DNA from: Thermoplasmata archaeon
GTDB lineage: Archaea; Thermoplasmatota; Thermoplasmata; Lutacidiplasmatales; UBA184
DNA length: 64,000 nucleotides
Assembly (NCBI GenBank): GCA_021819135.1
Contig: JAKASE010000009.1
Location: 15,408-79,407 of the forward strand
Direction: 5' to 3'
Shown here: piece by piece, positions 55,892 through 64,000 of the stretch
Position numbering within the stretch: position 1 is the first letter of the stretch
Layout: each line of letters starts with the position of its first letter
Position numbers and translations under genes: made by a program
The notes under the pieces: model-generated
What the model was told of the DNA's origin: nothing
Databases searched by the model: none
Seen by the model: only the letters and a program-made list of their open reading frames with translations

Positions 55892-57010
55892 ATGGCGTCC
55901 GCTCCCTTCGTGGCGCTCGCGAGCGCCCTGGTCGAGGCCATGGGTCAGCGCCTCGACGCGGCGAAGCCGACCGAGGAGGGGCTCGTGCTCCGGACCGGGG
56001 ACGGCTTCCTGTACGCGTTCCTCGAGGACCCGACGCGGGTCTCCCTCGAGACGATCCGTCACCTCTTCGAAAGCGGCGACGGACTGCCGGCCCACCTGGT
56101 CGTCCTGACCCCGGGTCATCTCCCGCTCGCGATCTCCCAGGACGTCGTCCGACGCGGCGGGACGCTCATCGAGGGGGCCCGCTTCTCCGAGCTGGCCCGA
56201 CAGCTCGGCCTCGAGACCTATCTCGGCGAGGAGCCCCGGGTCCCCCCGAAGGTCGACCGCCGGCTCCTGCCGAGCGCCCAGCTGCTCGATGCGATCGTGC
56301 TCCGCGCCCGGACCTGGCTCGACTGGGGGGTCCCGGCCCTCGCGCTCCGGTTCTATCGGCAGGCGAGCGAGCTCAAGCCGGAGTTCCTGCCGGCGCGGAC
56401 CGGGATCGGCCGATCGCTGCTTGCCCTCGGCCTCGTGAACGATGCGGACCGGATCTTCGACGAGGTCCTCGCCGCCCGACCCGAGGACGTCGACGGACGG
56501 ATGGGCAAGGCGGCGGTCCTCGGAGCCCGCGCGCAACCGCTCAAGGAGGTCGAGCTGTACCGCGAACTCCTCGCGGAGGACGAGGCCCGCACGGAGGTGC
56601 GCGCCCATCTCCTCGCCGCCCTGGTCGACCTAAGAGACTGGCGGGGGGCCCGGGTGGAGATCGAGGCGCTCCTGTCGCGCACTCCTGAGGATTCCCAGCT
56701 GCGGTTCCTGCACGCCGTTGCCCTGAGCGAGACCGGTGAGAAGGCCCTCGGGGAGGAGGAGCGGCTCGAGGCGAGGCGCCTCGGACTTCCCTACGAGCGA
56801 GAGTCCGCGCTCTGCCAGCATCTCGGACTGCCTACCCCGCCCCGACCCGAAGCGACGCCCGCCCCGACCGCGTCCACGGCGAAGGTAGCCGTCCGAGCGG
56901 AGAGGGCCCCCGCGACGCCCCTCGCCCGGTCGCGCCCCACCCGCCGCGGGCCCGCCGTACGCTCCCGCGGCAAACGACGACGCCGGTCCGTGCCCCGCAA
57001 AGGTAAGTAG
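55892..57010 (+). CDS. TPR-repeat protein with basic C-terminal tail
   Basis: Central and C-terminal helical repeats (ALRFYRQASELKPEFLPARTGIGRSLLALGLVNDADRIFDEVLAARPED...). The ~80-aa C-terminus is rich in P/A/R/K. Confidence 0.45.
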   Translation: MASAPFVALASALVEAMGQRLDAAKPTEEGLVLRTGDGFLYAFLEDPTRVSLETIRHLFESGDGLPAHLVVLTPGHLPLAISQDVVRRGGTLIEGARFSELARQLGLETYLGEEPRVPPKVDRRLLPSAQLLDAIVLRARTWLDWGVPALALRFYRQASELKPEFLPARTGIGRSLLALGLVNDADRIFDEVLAARPEDVDGRMGKAAVLGARAQPLKEVELYRELLAEDEARTEVRAHLLAALVDLRDWRGARVEIEALLSRTPEDSQLRFLHAVALSETGEKALGEEERLEARRLGLPYERESALCQHLGLPTPPRPEATPAPTASTAKVAVRAERAPATPLARSRPTRRGPAVRSRGKRRRRSVPRKGK

Positions 57011-57039
57011 CCCCGCTCCGCCTCGACGGGCGGGTCCCG

Positions 57040-57957
57040 ATGGAGCCTCGTCGCGTCGTCTCCGTGCTTCCGAGCGCCACCGAGATCATGTACGCTCTCG
57101 GGCACGGGTCCGAACTGGTCGGACGGAGCGCGGAGTGCGATTTCCCGGCGGAAACCTACGGGCTCCCGGTCGTGATGCGGCCGCGTACGCTCTATGGCGA
57201 CCGGCCGTCGCGGGAGATCGATCGGCGGGTTCGCGAGGTCCGGGGGAGCGGCAGGAGCCTCTACACGCTGGACGTGGGACTCCTCCGCCGTCTCCGACCC
57301 GACGTTCTCCTGACCCAGGACCTGTGCGGGGTCTGCTCGGTGACCGACGAAGAGGTCGCGGAAGCCTGCGCGCAGGCCGGGGTCCGGCCCGAGATCGTAT
57401 CCCTGAGCCCGACGCGCCTCTCCGAGGTCTGGTCGACCTTCGAACGGGTCTCCCGGGCGATCGGGGATCCGGCCGCCGGCCGACGACTCGGGGCCGCGGT
57501 GCGAGCGAAGCTGCCCCCGGCCCCGGGGACCTCCACGCGGCCCTCGGTCGCCGTCGTCGAGTGGCTCGATCCCCCGATCCTCTCCGGACTCTGGACCCCG
57601 GATATCATCGCGGCCGGAGGGGGTTCCCCCCTCGGCCCCCGCCCCGGCGCGGTGGCGGAGCGCACCACGTGGGAGCGGATCGCCGACCAGCCCCCCGAGC
57701 TCCTGGTGCTGAGCCCATGCAGCTTCCCGGTCGAGCGCACCCGTCGCGAACTCCGTGACCCCGAGATCCTCCGGCGTCTCTCCCAGGTCGCTCCTCCGAA
57801 GGGGGTGATCCTCGCGGACGAGGCGTACTTCAGTCGGCCCGGGCCCCGGCTCGCCGAGGGCGTTCGCCTGATCCACGCTCTTCTCCGGGGGGACACGAGT
57901 TCCCTGCCGATGCCGGCCGAGCGCTGGACCGATCCGCGCGGGGGGCGGGCCGCGTGA
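57040..57957 (+). CDS. periplasmic-binding-protein-fold (BtuF/FepB-like, COG0614) protein lacking a signal peptide
   Basis: MEPRRVVSVLPSATEIMYALG...ELVGRS and ...LRPDVLLTQD...EWLDPPI, typical of cobalamin/siderophore-binding PBP class III. The N-terminus has no hydrophobic leader. Confidence 0.6.
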   Translation: MEPRRVVSVLPSATEIMYALGHGSELVGRSAECDFPAETYGLPVVMRPRTLYGDRPSREIDRRVREVRGSGRSLYTLDVGLLRRLRPDVLLTQDLCGVCSVTDEEVAEACAQAGVRPEIVSLSPTRLSEVWSTFERVSRAIGDPAAGRRLGAAVRAKLPPAPGTSTRPSVAVVEWLDPPILSGLWTPDIIAAGGGSPLGPRPGAVAERTTWERIADQPPELLVLSPCSFPVERTRRELRDPEILRRLSQVAPPKGVILADEAYFSRPGPRLAEGVRLIHALLRGDTSSLPMPAERWTDPRGGRAA

Positions 57958-58667
57958 CGGGCCGTCCGAACTACTACTACACGTGGACGACGAGCCGACC
58001 GGCGGTCGCCCGGGTCTCGACCTCGCGGACCGAGCTCCTCCACATCGGGCTCGCGTTCCTCGTGCTGACGGTCGACCTGGTCATCATCCTCGGAGGCGGC
58101 GGCCTTCTCCTGCGGTCCAGCAGCGGCGGCTTCTTCAGCCTCGTTTCTCCCATCGAGATCCTGGCCGCGGCCACCGCGGTACTGACGGGTTTCCTCTGCC
58201 ACGAGCTCGCGCACAAGGTCTACGCCCAACGCCATGGCTTCTGGGCGGAGTTCCGGATGTCGCCATCCGGGCTCCTGTTCTCGTTCCTCACTTCGCTCGT
58301 CGGGTTCATCTGGGCCGTTCCGGGGGCGACCGTTGTCAGCGGGATGAGCGAGTACGACCGGAAGAACTGGGGTCGGACGAGCCTGGCCGGGCCGGTCACG
58401 AACGCGGTATTCGGCCTCGGCTTCTACGCCGCGGCCGCCGCGACGTACCTCGGCCACTCGGGCATCTACCCCTGGCTCATCCTGCTCGCCTGGTTCAACG
58501 GCTGGTTCGCGACGTTCAACCTCTTCCCGATCGGCCCGCTCGACGGGGCGAAGGTGCGACGGTGGAACGCCGGGATCTGGATCGCCTCCCTGGTGGCGTT
58601 CGGGGTCTTTACCGGAATCACGACCGCGGTCCTCTACGGCTATCTGACCCCGCTTCTTGGCCGGTGA
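57954..58667 (+). CDS. site-2 protease family (M50) membrane metalloprotease
   Basis: HELAH (HExxH) in a TM helix and NLFPIGPLDGAKV (LDG motif). Multiple TM segments. Confidence 0.75.
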   Translation: MTGRPNYYYTWTTSRPAVARVSTSRTELLHIGLAFLVLTVDLVIILGGGGLLLRSSSGGFFSLVSPIEILAAATAVLTGFLCHELAHKVYAQRHGFWAEFRMSPSGLLFSFLTSLVGFIWAVPGATVVSGMSEYDRKNWGRTSLAGPVTNAVFGLGFYAAAAATYLGHSGIYPWLILLAWFNGWFATFNLFPIGPLDGAKVRRWNAGIWIASLVAFGVFTGITTAVLYGYLTPLLGR

Positions 58668-58675
58668 GCCAGAGC

Positions 58676-59605
58676 ATGACGCGACCGTCCGTACGCGAGC
58701 TGGGAGAGGGCCGACAGCTGCTGGATCTCGACTTTAGGGACGCGGAGGGGCTGATCGCCGCCTATCTAGTGCCCGCCGCGGACGGCTGGATCCTTATCGA
58801 GACCGGGCCCACGACCTGTCGGGACGCCCTGCTCGCCGCGATCGATCGCGCGGGCGTCGGGCGGGAGGAGATCCGGAAGGTCTTCGTCACGCACATCCAT
58901 CTCGACCACGCGGGGGGGATGGGGGCGCTCGCCGAGGCGCTTCCCCGGGCGACCTTCTATGCGCACGAGCTCGGTGTCCCGCATCTGGTCGATCCCACCC
59001 GTCTGATCTCGAGCGCGCGGCGCGCCTGGGGCCCGGCCTCCGATACGCTTTGGGGGACGATCGTGCCGGTGCCCGCGGCCCGGGTGGTCGCGCTCCGGGG
59101 AGGCGAGCGCTTTCCCCTGAAGGACGGCGAGCTCTCGGTCCTCGCCACCCCCGGGCACGCCCGCCACCATCTCGCCTTCTTCGACTCCCGGATCCGCGGG
59201 ATCTTCACGGGGGACGGAGCCGGCGTGCGCCTTCAGTCCGGCCGTCGCCTCCGCCCGGCGGTGCCGCCTCCGGACCTTGACCTCGACCAGCTCTACGCGA
59301 GCGTCGACGCGATGCGCCGGACCGACCCCCGTCTCGTCCTCTTCAGCCACTTCGGGCCGAGCCCGGAGGGGGTTGCGGACCTCGAACGGTACCGCGGGGT
59401 CGTCGAGTCCTGGCGGGAGGTCGCGCTCGCCGCGGCCCGAGAGCGGCCGGAGGTCGCGTACATCACCGAACGTCTCCGCGCGTTCGACGAGTCGTCGCAC
59501 GAGGGGATCTCAGCGGATGACCGGGAGTCCCTCATCTCGGGGTACGAGCTCGCCGCGGGGGGCTTCCTCCGGTACTTCGAGACCCACGGACTGATCGGCC
59601 GGTGA
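58676..59605 (+). CDS. MBL-fold metallo-hydrolase
   Basis: VTHIHLDHAGG (HxHxDH) and downstream His/Asp ligands (TPGHARHH). 309 aa from an internal ATG of the longer ORF-track entry. Confidence 0.75.
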   Translation: MTRPSVRELGEGRQLLDLDFRDAEGLIAAYLVPAADGWILIETGPTTCRDALLAAIDRAGVGREEIRKVFVTHIHLDHAGGMGALAEALPRATFYAHELGVPHLVDPTRLISSARRAWGPASDTLWGTIVPVPAARVVALRGGERFPLKDGELSVLATPGHARHHLAFFDSRIRGIFTGDGAGVRLQSGRRLRPAVPPPDLDLDQLYASVDAMRRTDPRLVLFSHFGPSPEGVADLERYRGVVESWREVALAAARERPEVAYITERLRAFDESSHEGISADDRESLISGYELAAGGFLRYFETHGLIGR

Positions 59606-60867
59606 GCGACCCCGCCCCGCTCGACCGCACGCGTCGGCGGGAGGCGGCGACCACGCTCCTGCTCGCCCGCATCGTCTACGCGTTCAACTGGTACAACATC
59701 GGAGGGCTCTCGGTCCCGCTCGCCGCCACGATCGGGGTGACCACCTTCGAGTTCGGGGTCGTGCTCGGGGCGTTCCTGATCGGCGCCGGGCTCTTCCAGG
59801 TCCCCGCCGGCTTGGCCGCCCTCCGGTGGGGGAACCGCGCGACCTCCCTGTTCGCGCTCGTCCTCATGGGCGGCTTCTCCCTCGCCTCGGCATTCTCCCC
59901 GAACTGGATCGTCCTCGCCGCCTTCCGCTTCGGTGCGGGCGCGGGAGCCGCGTTCTTCTTCGCGCCGGCGCTCGGGCTCATCGCGTCGTACTACCCCTCG
60001 GGAAGTCGGGGTCCGATCATCGGGCTCTACAACTCCGGGTTCAGCATCGGCTCCGGCATCGGCCTCTTCGGCGGCGCCCTGATCGGCGCCAGCTACGGCT
60101 GGCCCCTTGCCCTCGCGGTCGGAGGGATCGGGCTCCTCGTGATGGCGGCCATCGGACCGTTCACCCTGCCGCGAGGGGCAGGACGGGTAGCGCTCCCGTC
60201 GTTCCGCCGTCTCTGGAACGACGCGGCGGCGCCGATCTTCCGGTCCCGATCGATCTGGGCCCTCGCCCTCGCGGTATCGGGGCTGTGGGCGGCGTACTAC
60301 GTGGCGGCGCAGTACTTCATCGCCTTCGCAAGCGCGGTCCATCCGGGTTGGTCGGTCGCCGTGGCAGCGGCCGTACCGGTGGTCATGATCATCCTCGAGG
60401 TCCCGGGCGGCCCCATCGGGGGGTGGATCGGCGAGCGGGCCGTCTCGATGCGGCTCGTCCTCCTCGTATGGGGGGTGGTGTCGGCCGTGGGGATCTTCGC
60501 GATCCCGCTTCTCGGACTGCCGGGTCTCCTGGCCCTTTTCGGGTTCCTCGGTTTCGCGGACGGGGTCGTCTTCGCGGTCCTCTACCTGATCCCGTCGTAC
60601 CTTCCAGAGTCGCGAGGGGAGACGCTCGCGCTCGGCCTCGCGTTCGTGAACTCGATCCAGATCTTCCTTGGGAGTCTGCTCGCGATCGTCTTCGGCTACA
60701 TCGCGGGGATGTGGGGCTACGAGGCCGCCTGGTGGTTCGCGGGCGTCATCGCACTCGCCCCGCTCCCCCTCCTCGCGTGGGTGAGCGGTCGGGGCGGCGA
60801 CGCGACGTACGTCCGCGCCCGGGCGCGGGGACCCCGGGGCGTGCGGGCTCCGAGTCGACCAATGTGA
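59602..60867 (+). CDS. MFS transporter
   Basis: 12 predicted hydrophobic helices. MFS motif A-like GAGLFQVPAGLAALRWGNR between TM2-3 and repeated in the second half. Confidence 0.75.
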   Translation: MSDPAPLDRTRRREAATTLLLARIVYAFNWYNIGGLSVPLAATIGVTTFEFGVVLGAFLIGAGLFQVPAGLAALRWGNRATSLFALVLMGGFSLASAFSPNWIVLAAFRFGAGAGAAFFFAPALGLIASYYPSGSRGPIIGLYNSGFSIGSGIGLFGGALIGASYGWPLALAVGGIGLLVMAAIGPFTLPRGAGRVALPSFRRLWNDAAAPIFRSRSIWALALAVSGLWAAYYVAAQYFIAFASAVHPGWSVAVAAAVPVVMIILEVPGGPIGGWIGERAVSMRLVLLVWGVVSAVGIFAIPLLGLPGLLALFGFLGFADGVVFAVLYLIPSYLPESRGETLALGLAFVNSIQIFLGSLLAIVFGYIAGMWGYEAAWWFAGVIALAPLPLLAWVSGRGGDATYVRARARGPRGVRAPSRPM

Positions 60868-62257
60868 CCAGGTTCGTGGGTCGCCCTTCGACCGGATACC
60901 CCGCCGTCAGGACGATCGGGCCCGACTCCCCGATCCGGCTATGGACGATCAGCTCGGCGGCCCGCGTCCGTAGCTCCACGAGGTCCCGGTGCACCGGGGC
61001 CGGGAGCGAGATCACGCCGCCCACCAGCGCGAGCCTCCTCCGGGTCGCTCCCGAGTTGGAGAGGGCGACGACCGGGCACGCCGGCCGGAGCCGGGCCACC
61101 AGCCGGGCGGTCCGACCCGAATGCGTGGGGGTGACGATCGCCCGGGCCCGCACGCCCTCGGCCAGTCGGACCGCCGCGCCCGCCACCGACCGTTCGGTCT
61201 CGGTCGACGGGCGGATGTCGAGATCACGGACCAGGCGAGGATCGAAGGCGCCCTCGGTGGCCCGGGCGATCCGGTCGAGCCAGCGGACCGCGTCGGCCGG
61301 GTAGGAGCCTACCGCGCTCTCCTCGCTCAGCATCACCGCGTCCGCCCCGTCGAGGACCGCGTTCGCGACGTCGGTCGCCTCGGCCCGGGTCGGTCGTGGT
61401 GCGTGCATCATCGACAGGAGCATCTGGGTCGCGACGATCACGAACCTCCCGGAGAGGTTCGCTTTCCGGACGAGGTTCTTCTGTTCGAGCGCGAGGCGCT
61501 CGAGGGGGACCTCGATCCCGAGATCGCCCCGCGCCACCATGATCCCGTCTGCCGCGTCGAGGATCGCGTCGATCGACCGGAGCGCCTCCGCGCGCTCGAT
61601 CTTCGCGATCAACCCCACCTCGGCCCCGTGGGGCTGGCGCTTGAGCCAGGAACGGACCTCGTCGAGATCGCGGCGGTCCCGCACGAACGACAACGCGAGG
61701 TAGTCGATCCCTTCCGCGAGCCCGAGCTCGGCGTCGTGCCGGTCCTTCTCCCCGAACACGGAGGTGCGGAGGTGGGCGCGCGGAAGGAACAGGCCCGCAT
61801 GGGAGGTCACGGTCCCGCCGTTCAGCACACGGGCCTCGATTGCCCCCGGCCGCGCCCGGACCACGGCCAGCGACACGCTCCCGTCGCCCAGGAGGACGGG
61901 GTCGCCCGGCTTGGCGCTCCGCTCGAACGACGGGATCTGGACGCCGACCCGACGGTCGTCCCCGGGCGTTGGGTCCTCATCGAGCACCCAGAGCCGTCCG
62001 GACTGAAGACGCACCGTTCCTCCGGCGAGCTCCCCGATACGGATCTTCGGTCCCTGGACGTCCCCGACGATCGCGATCTCGTGATCCGTGCGACCGACCG
62101 CTGCTCGGATGCGACGGATCAGGGTGCGGTGCTCATCGTCGGTACCGTGCGAGAAGTTCACACGAAAGGCATCCGCACCGCCATCGATCAGCTCCCGGAG
62201 GCGATCGACCGAGTCGGTCGCCGGACCGACGGTCGCGAGGATCTTGGTTCGTCGCAC
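60746..62257 (-). CDS. pyk: pyruvate kinase
   Basis: VRRTKILATVGPAT N-terminus (GTG start), FRVNFSHG, MVARGDLGIEVP, IVATQMLLSMM. The ORF-track start at 62362 was rejected because it overlaps tRNA-Gln. The C-terminal 30 aa (Pro/Arg/Gly-rich) overlap the MFS gene and may be read-through. Confidence 0.8.
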   Translation of the reverse strand: MRRTKILATVGPATDSVDRLRELIDGGADAFRVNFSHGTDDEHRTLIRRIRAAVGRTDHEIAIVGDVQGPKIRIGELAGGTVRLQSGRLWVLDEDPTPGDDRRVGVQIPSFERSAKPGDPVLLGDGSVSLAVVRARPGAIEARVLNGGTVTSHAGLFLPRAHLRTSVFGEKDRHDAELGLAEGIDYLALSFVRDRRDLDEVRSWLKRQPHGAEVGLIAKIERAEALRSIDAILDAADGIMVARGDLGIEVPLERLALEQKNLVRKANLSGRFVIVATQMLLSMMHAPRPTRAEATDVANAVLDGADAVMLSEESAVGSYPADAVRWLDRIARATEGAFDPRLVRDLDIRPSTETERSVAGAAVRLAEGVRARAIVTPTHSGRTARLVARLRPACPVVALSNSGATRRRLALVGGVISLPAPVHRDLVELRTRAAELIVHSRIGESGPIVLTAGYPVEGRPTNLVTLVDSEPARPGVPAPGRGRTSRRRPDRSPTRGGGAGRVR

Positions 62258-62336
62258 GCCCGCCGTAGGCCCCCCGGCCTTATAGTCCGGTGACCCGGGG
62301 GGAGCTATTTGTAATCCGAACCCTCGTCCCGCCGAT

Positions 62337-62409
62337 AGCCCCGTGGTGTAGAGGCCAAGCATGCCGGCCTTTGGAGCCGGCGACAGCGGTTCGAATCCGC
62401 TCGGGGCTA
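62337..62409 (+). tRNA. tRNA-Gln (anticodon UUG)
   Basis: Hand-folded cloverleaf: acceptor AGCCCCG/CGGGGCT; D-arm GTGT-AGAGGCCAA-GCAT; anticodon stem CCGGC/GCCGG with loop CTTTGGA (U33, anticodon TTG, G37); 4-nt variable loop; T-arm AGCGG-TTCGAAT-CCGCT; discriminator A. No encoded CCA, as typical in archaea. Confidence 0.8.
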
Positions 62410-62443
62410 CAATTAAAATAATGTCGAGACGCTAGGTCTTACG

Positions 62444-62665
62444 ATGGCGACCGACCGGATGACGTCCATCTCCGTCCATGCTTCCACGCTACGAATGCTC
62501 CAGCCGTTCAAGAAGGGAGACATGACCTGGGACGATGTGCTGATCGACTTCATTGAGGAGCACGTTCCGAAGGAGTTCGTCCGGGCAATGATTCGAGAAG
62601 CCGAGAAGGGTCCCGGCATCCCTTTCGACCAAGTGTACGAGGAGCACGTTCGTCGGAGGCGCTAA
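62444..62665 (+). CDS. putative antitoxin (small protein upstream of RelE/ParE toxin)
   Basis: 73 aa, lower-GC codon usage than the rest of the window. Stop is 3 nt before the toxin gene start. No family recognised by eye. Confidence 0.45.
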   Translation: MATDRMTSISVHASTLRMLQPFKKGDMTWDDVLIDFIEEHVPKEFVRAMIREAEKGPGIPFDQVYEEHVRRRR

Positions 62666-62668
62666 CGC

Positions 62669-62953
62669 TTGCCTATCGTGGAGATGAGCCACGAGGCGAG
62701 GCGCCAGTTCCTATTGTTGCCCCCCGAGATTGCGGACCAGTTCAAAGAGCTCGCCGACCACCTGAAGGAGAACCCCCACCGCCTTCCGCCGTGGTGCGAG
62801 GTGAAGGCCATCGGACGAGAGGGTGCGAAGGAGGTCTTCCGTGCCCGAGTCGGGGAGTACCGTGCGACCTACGTGTTCGACGGTCACACGGTCCGCTTCA
62901 CTCGCTTCCGATTGCGGAGAGATATCGGCTACTCTGTCCTACCAAAGTCGTAG
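62669..62953 (+). CDS. RelE/ParE-family type II toxin
   Basis: 94 aa. ...FRARVGEYRATYVFDGHTVRFTRFRLRRDIGY matches the RelE/ParE core (R..G.YR.iY.....v.i.ri.hR...Y). Confidence 0.65.
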   Translation: MPIVEMSHEARRQFLLLPPEIADQFKELADHLKENPHRLPPWCEVKAIGREGAKEVFRARVGEYRATYVFDGHTVRFTRFRLRRDIGYSVLPKS

Positions 62954-63045
62954 GTCAGTTCTCTCTGCGCCCGCGACGAAAGTCCCCCTCACTTCACCGC
63001 TCTTCCACCGACGGATGCCCCCGGGAGTCTGCGCCAAAAGTGCTC

Positions 63046-64000
63046 CTAATGAGCCCACGGTAGGACCACACGGTAAACCTCCACGGGGCCCTGCAGTCCC
63101 TTCAGGATCGTCGGCGGAAGTCTCTCGAGAGGGTTGGTCAACTTGTTCCGGACCTCCTCCCGGACGGCCCCCGAGACACAGATCCCTCCGGCTTCGGCGA
63201 CCGGCTCGATCCGGGCGGCGACATTCACGGCGTCGCCTACAATGTCGCTGCCCTGCTGGACGACGTCTCCCAGATGAACCCCAATTCGAATCTGTATCGG
63301 GGTCACTCGAGGGGCCTTATTCCGCTCGAAAATTCGCCGCTGAACCTCGATGGCGCACCGAGTCGCTTCTAGTGCGCTCCCGAACTCGATCAGGAGGCCG
63401 TCGCCGGTCGACTTGATCTCACGTCCGTGAAAATCTAGTACGAGTGGCCGAATCAGATCCTGCTGCTGGCGAAGCATCTCGAGCGCGTGAGCTTCGTCGC
63501 GGTGTGTTGACTCGGTGAAGCCAACCGTGTCCGTGAACATGATCGCGGCCAGTCGTCTGCCCTCGGGCGAGGCTGTAGTGGCACAAATGGCGACCTCGCC
63601 GTTGGCCTTCAGCTGCAGCCGCTGCCATCGGGAGTCGAAGGTCTTTCCCCTTAACGCGCGAATTCGGAGGAACCGTTCAACGCGACCGCCGACCTCTTCA
63701 CTCTTGAAATCGATGATTCCGTCGCAGAGGGCCTCGAACTTCGTGTAGAACGACTCGGACGCGATGCCCCTTGGGAATGCCAGGAAGTGCGGACACTCTC
63801 GGGCCCGGATGGCGGGAAGGATCGCCGTCCGCCACGCGTCGATACAGGTCTTCTCGTCATTGTACTGGAGAAAGATGCCGGTATTGTCGTCAAGGTGAAG
63901 CCAGCCTTTCTCCTCTGGCGGATAGCCGGCCTTGGTCCGCTCGATCCATCGCGCGGCTCCCTGAACGATGTCCAGCGGATTTTCATGAGTTTCTTCCCAG
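63046..64000 (-). CDS. KaiC-like (RecA-superfamily) domain fused to class III adenylate/guanylate cyclase domain; 5'-partial (continues beyond window end)
   Basis: C-terminal 164 aa is a CHD cyclase domain (MFTDTVGFTE...KSTGDGLLIEFGSALEATRCAIEVQR...RIGVHLGDVVQQGSDIVGDAVNVAARIE). The reading frame stays open upstream to position 64000. The upstream part (…DAWRTAILPAIRARECPHFLAFPRGIASESFYTKFEALCDGIIDFKSEEVGGRVERFLRIRALRGKTFDS…) matches the C-terminal half of a KaiC/RadB-type domain (…DGvI.L…R.L.I.KmRG…). Confidence 0.7.
   Translation of the reverse strand, partial: WEETHENPLDIVQGAARWIERTKAGYPPEEKGWLHLDDNTGIFLQYNDEKTCIDAWRTAILPAIRARECPHFLAFPRGIASESFYTKFEALCDGIIDFKSEEVGGRVERFLRIRALRGKTFDSRWQRLQLKANGEVAICATTASPEGRRLAAIMFTDTVGFTESTHRDEAHALEMLRQQQDLIRPLVLDFHGREIKSTGDGLLIEFGSALEATRCAIEVQRRIFERNKAPRVTPIQIRIGVHLGDVVQQGSDIVGDAVNVAARIEPVAEAGGICVSGAVREEVRNKLTNPLERLPPTILKGLQGPVEVYRVVLPWAH

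Noticed and set aside
60746-62362. ORF-track start of pyruvate kinase at 62362
   Set aside because: The first 35 codons overlap the plus-strand tRNA-Gln. The conserved pyruvate kinase N-terminus begins at the in-frame GTG (VRRTKILATVGPAT) at 62257.

Overview
About 70% GC, gene-dense on both strands, and clearly archaeal. Archaea-specific information-processing genes are present: r-proteins L15e, L44e, S27e, LX, L1, P0 and P1; aIF2-alpha; Nop10; Nop5 with fibrillarin; GINS51; aTrm56; DRG and YchF GTPases; FtsY; prefoldin alpha and beta; and a Pcc1-like protein. No rRNA genes or CRISPR arrays were seen, and there is one tRNA (tRNA-Gln, UUG anticodon). The ORF track uses GTG/TTG starts and contains many long antisense or alternative-frame ORFs that are GC-composition artefacts. 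Gene calls were made by recognising family motifs in the translations.

The first 13 kb is a redox island. hypD-hypC-hypF are on the minus strand. Divergently on the plus strand sits an HdrD-like CCG protein, then EtfB-EtfA, HdrA, MvhD-MvhG-MvhA, a hydrogenase maturation protease and HypA. An ETF pair embedded between an HdrD-like protein and HdrA-MvhADG is unusual and is the best candidate for an undescribed H2-linked flavin-based electron-bifurcating complex.

Other non-core regions:
- 28.0-33.5 kb: a HerA/FtsK-like P-loop ATPase with a Pro-rich N-terminal extension, followed by three single-domain KaiC-like proteins (one with an intact Walker A, two degenerate) and a PAC2-family protein.
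- 13.3-15.2 kb: a class III adenylyl cyclase with TPR repeats, uncommon in archaea.
- 35.5-36.7 kb: a degenerate IS630-like transposase gene.
- 62.4-64.0 kb: a lower-GC islet starting right after tRNA-Gln, carrying a RelE/ParE toxin-antitoxin pair and a 5'-partial gene that fuses a KaiC-like domain to a second class III cyclase domain.

The remainder is housekeeping: PurF, PurB, ArgRS, pyruvate kinase, mevalonate kinase, GGPP synthase, carbamate kinase, QueC, MscL, SpoU, a GMC oxidoreductase, and others.
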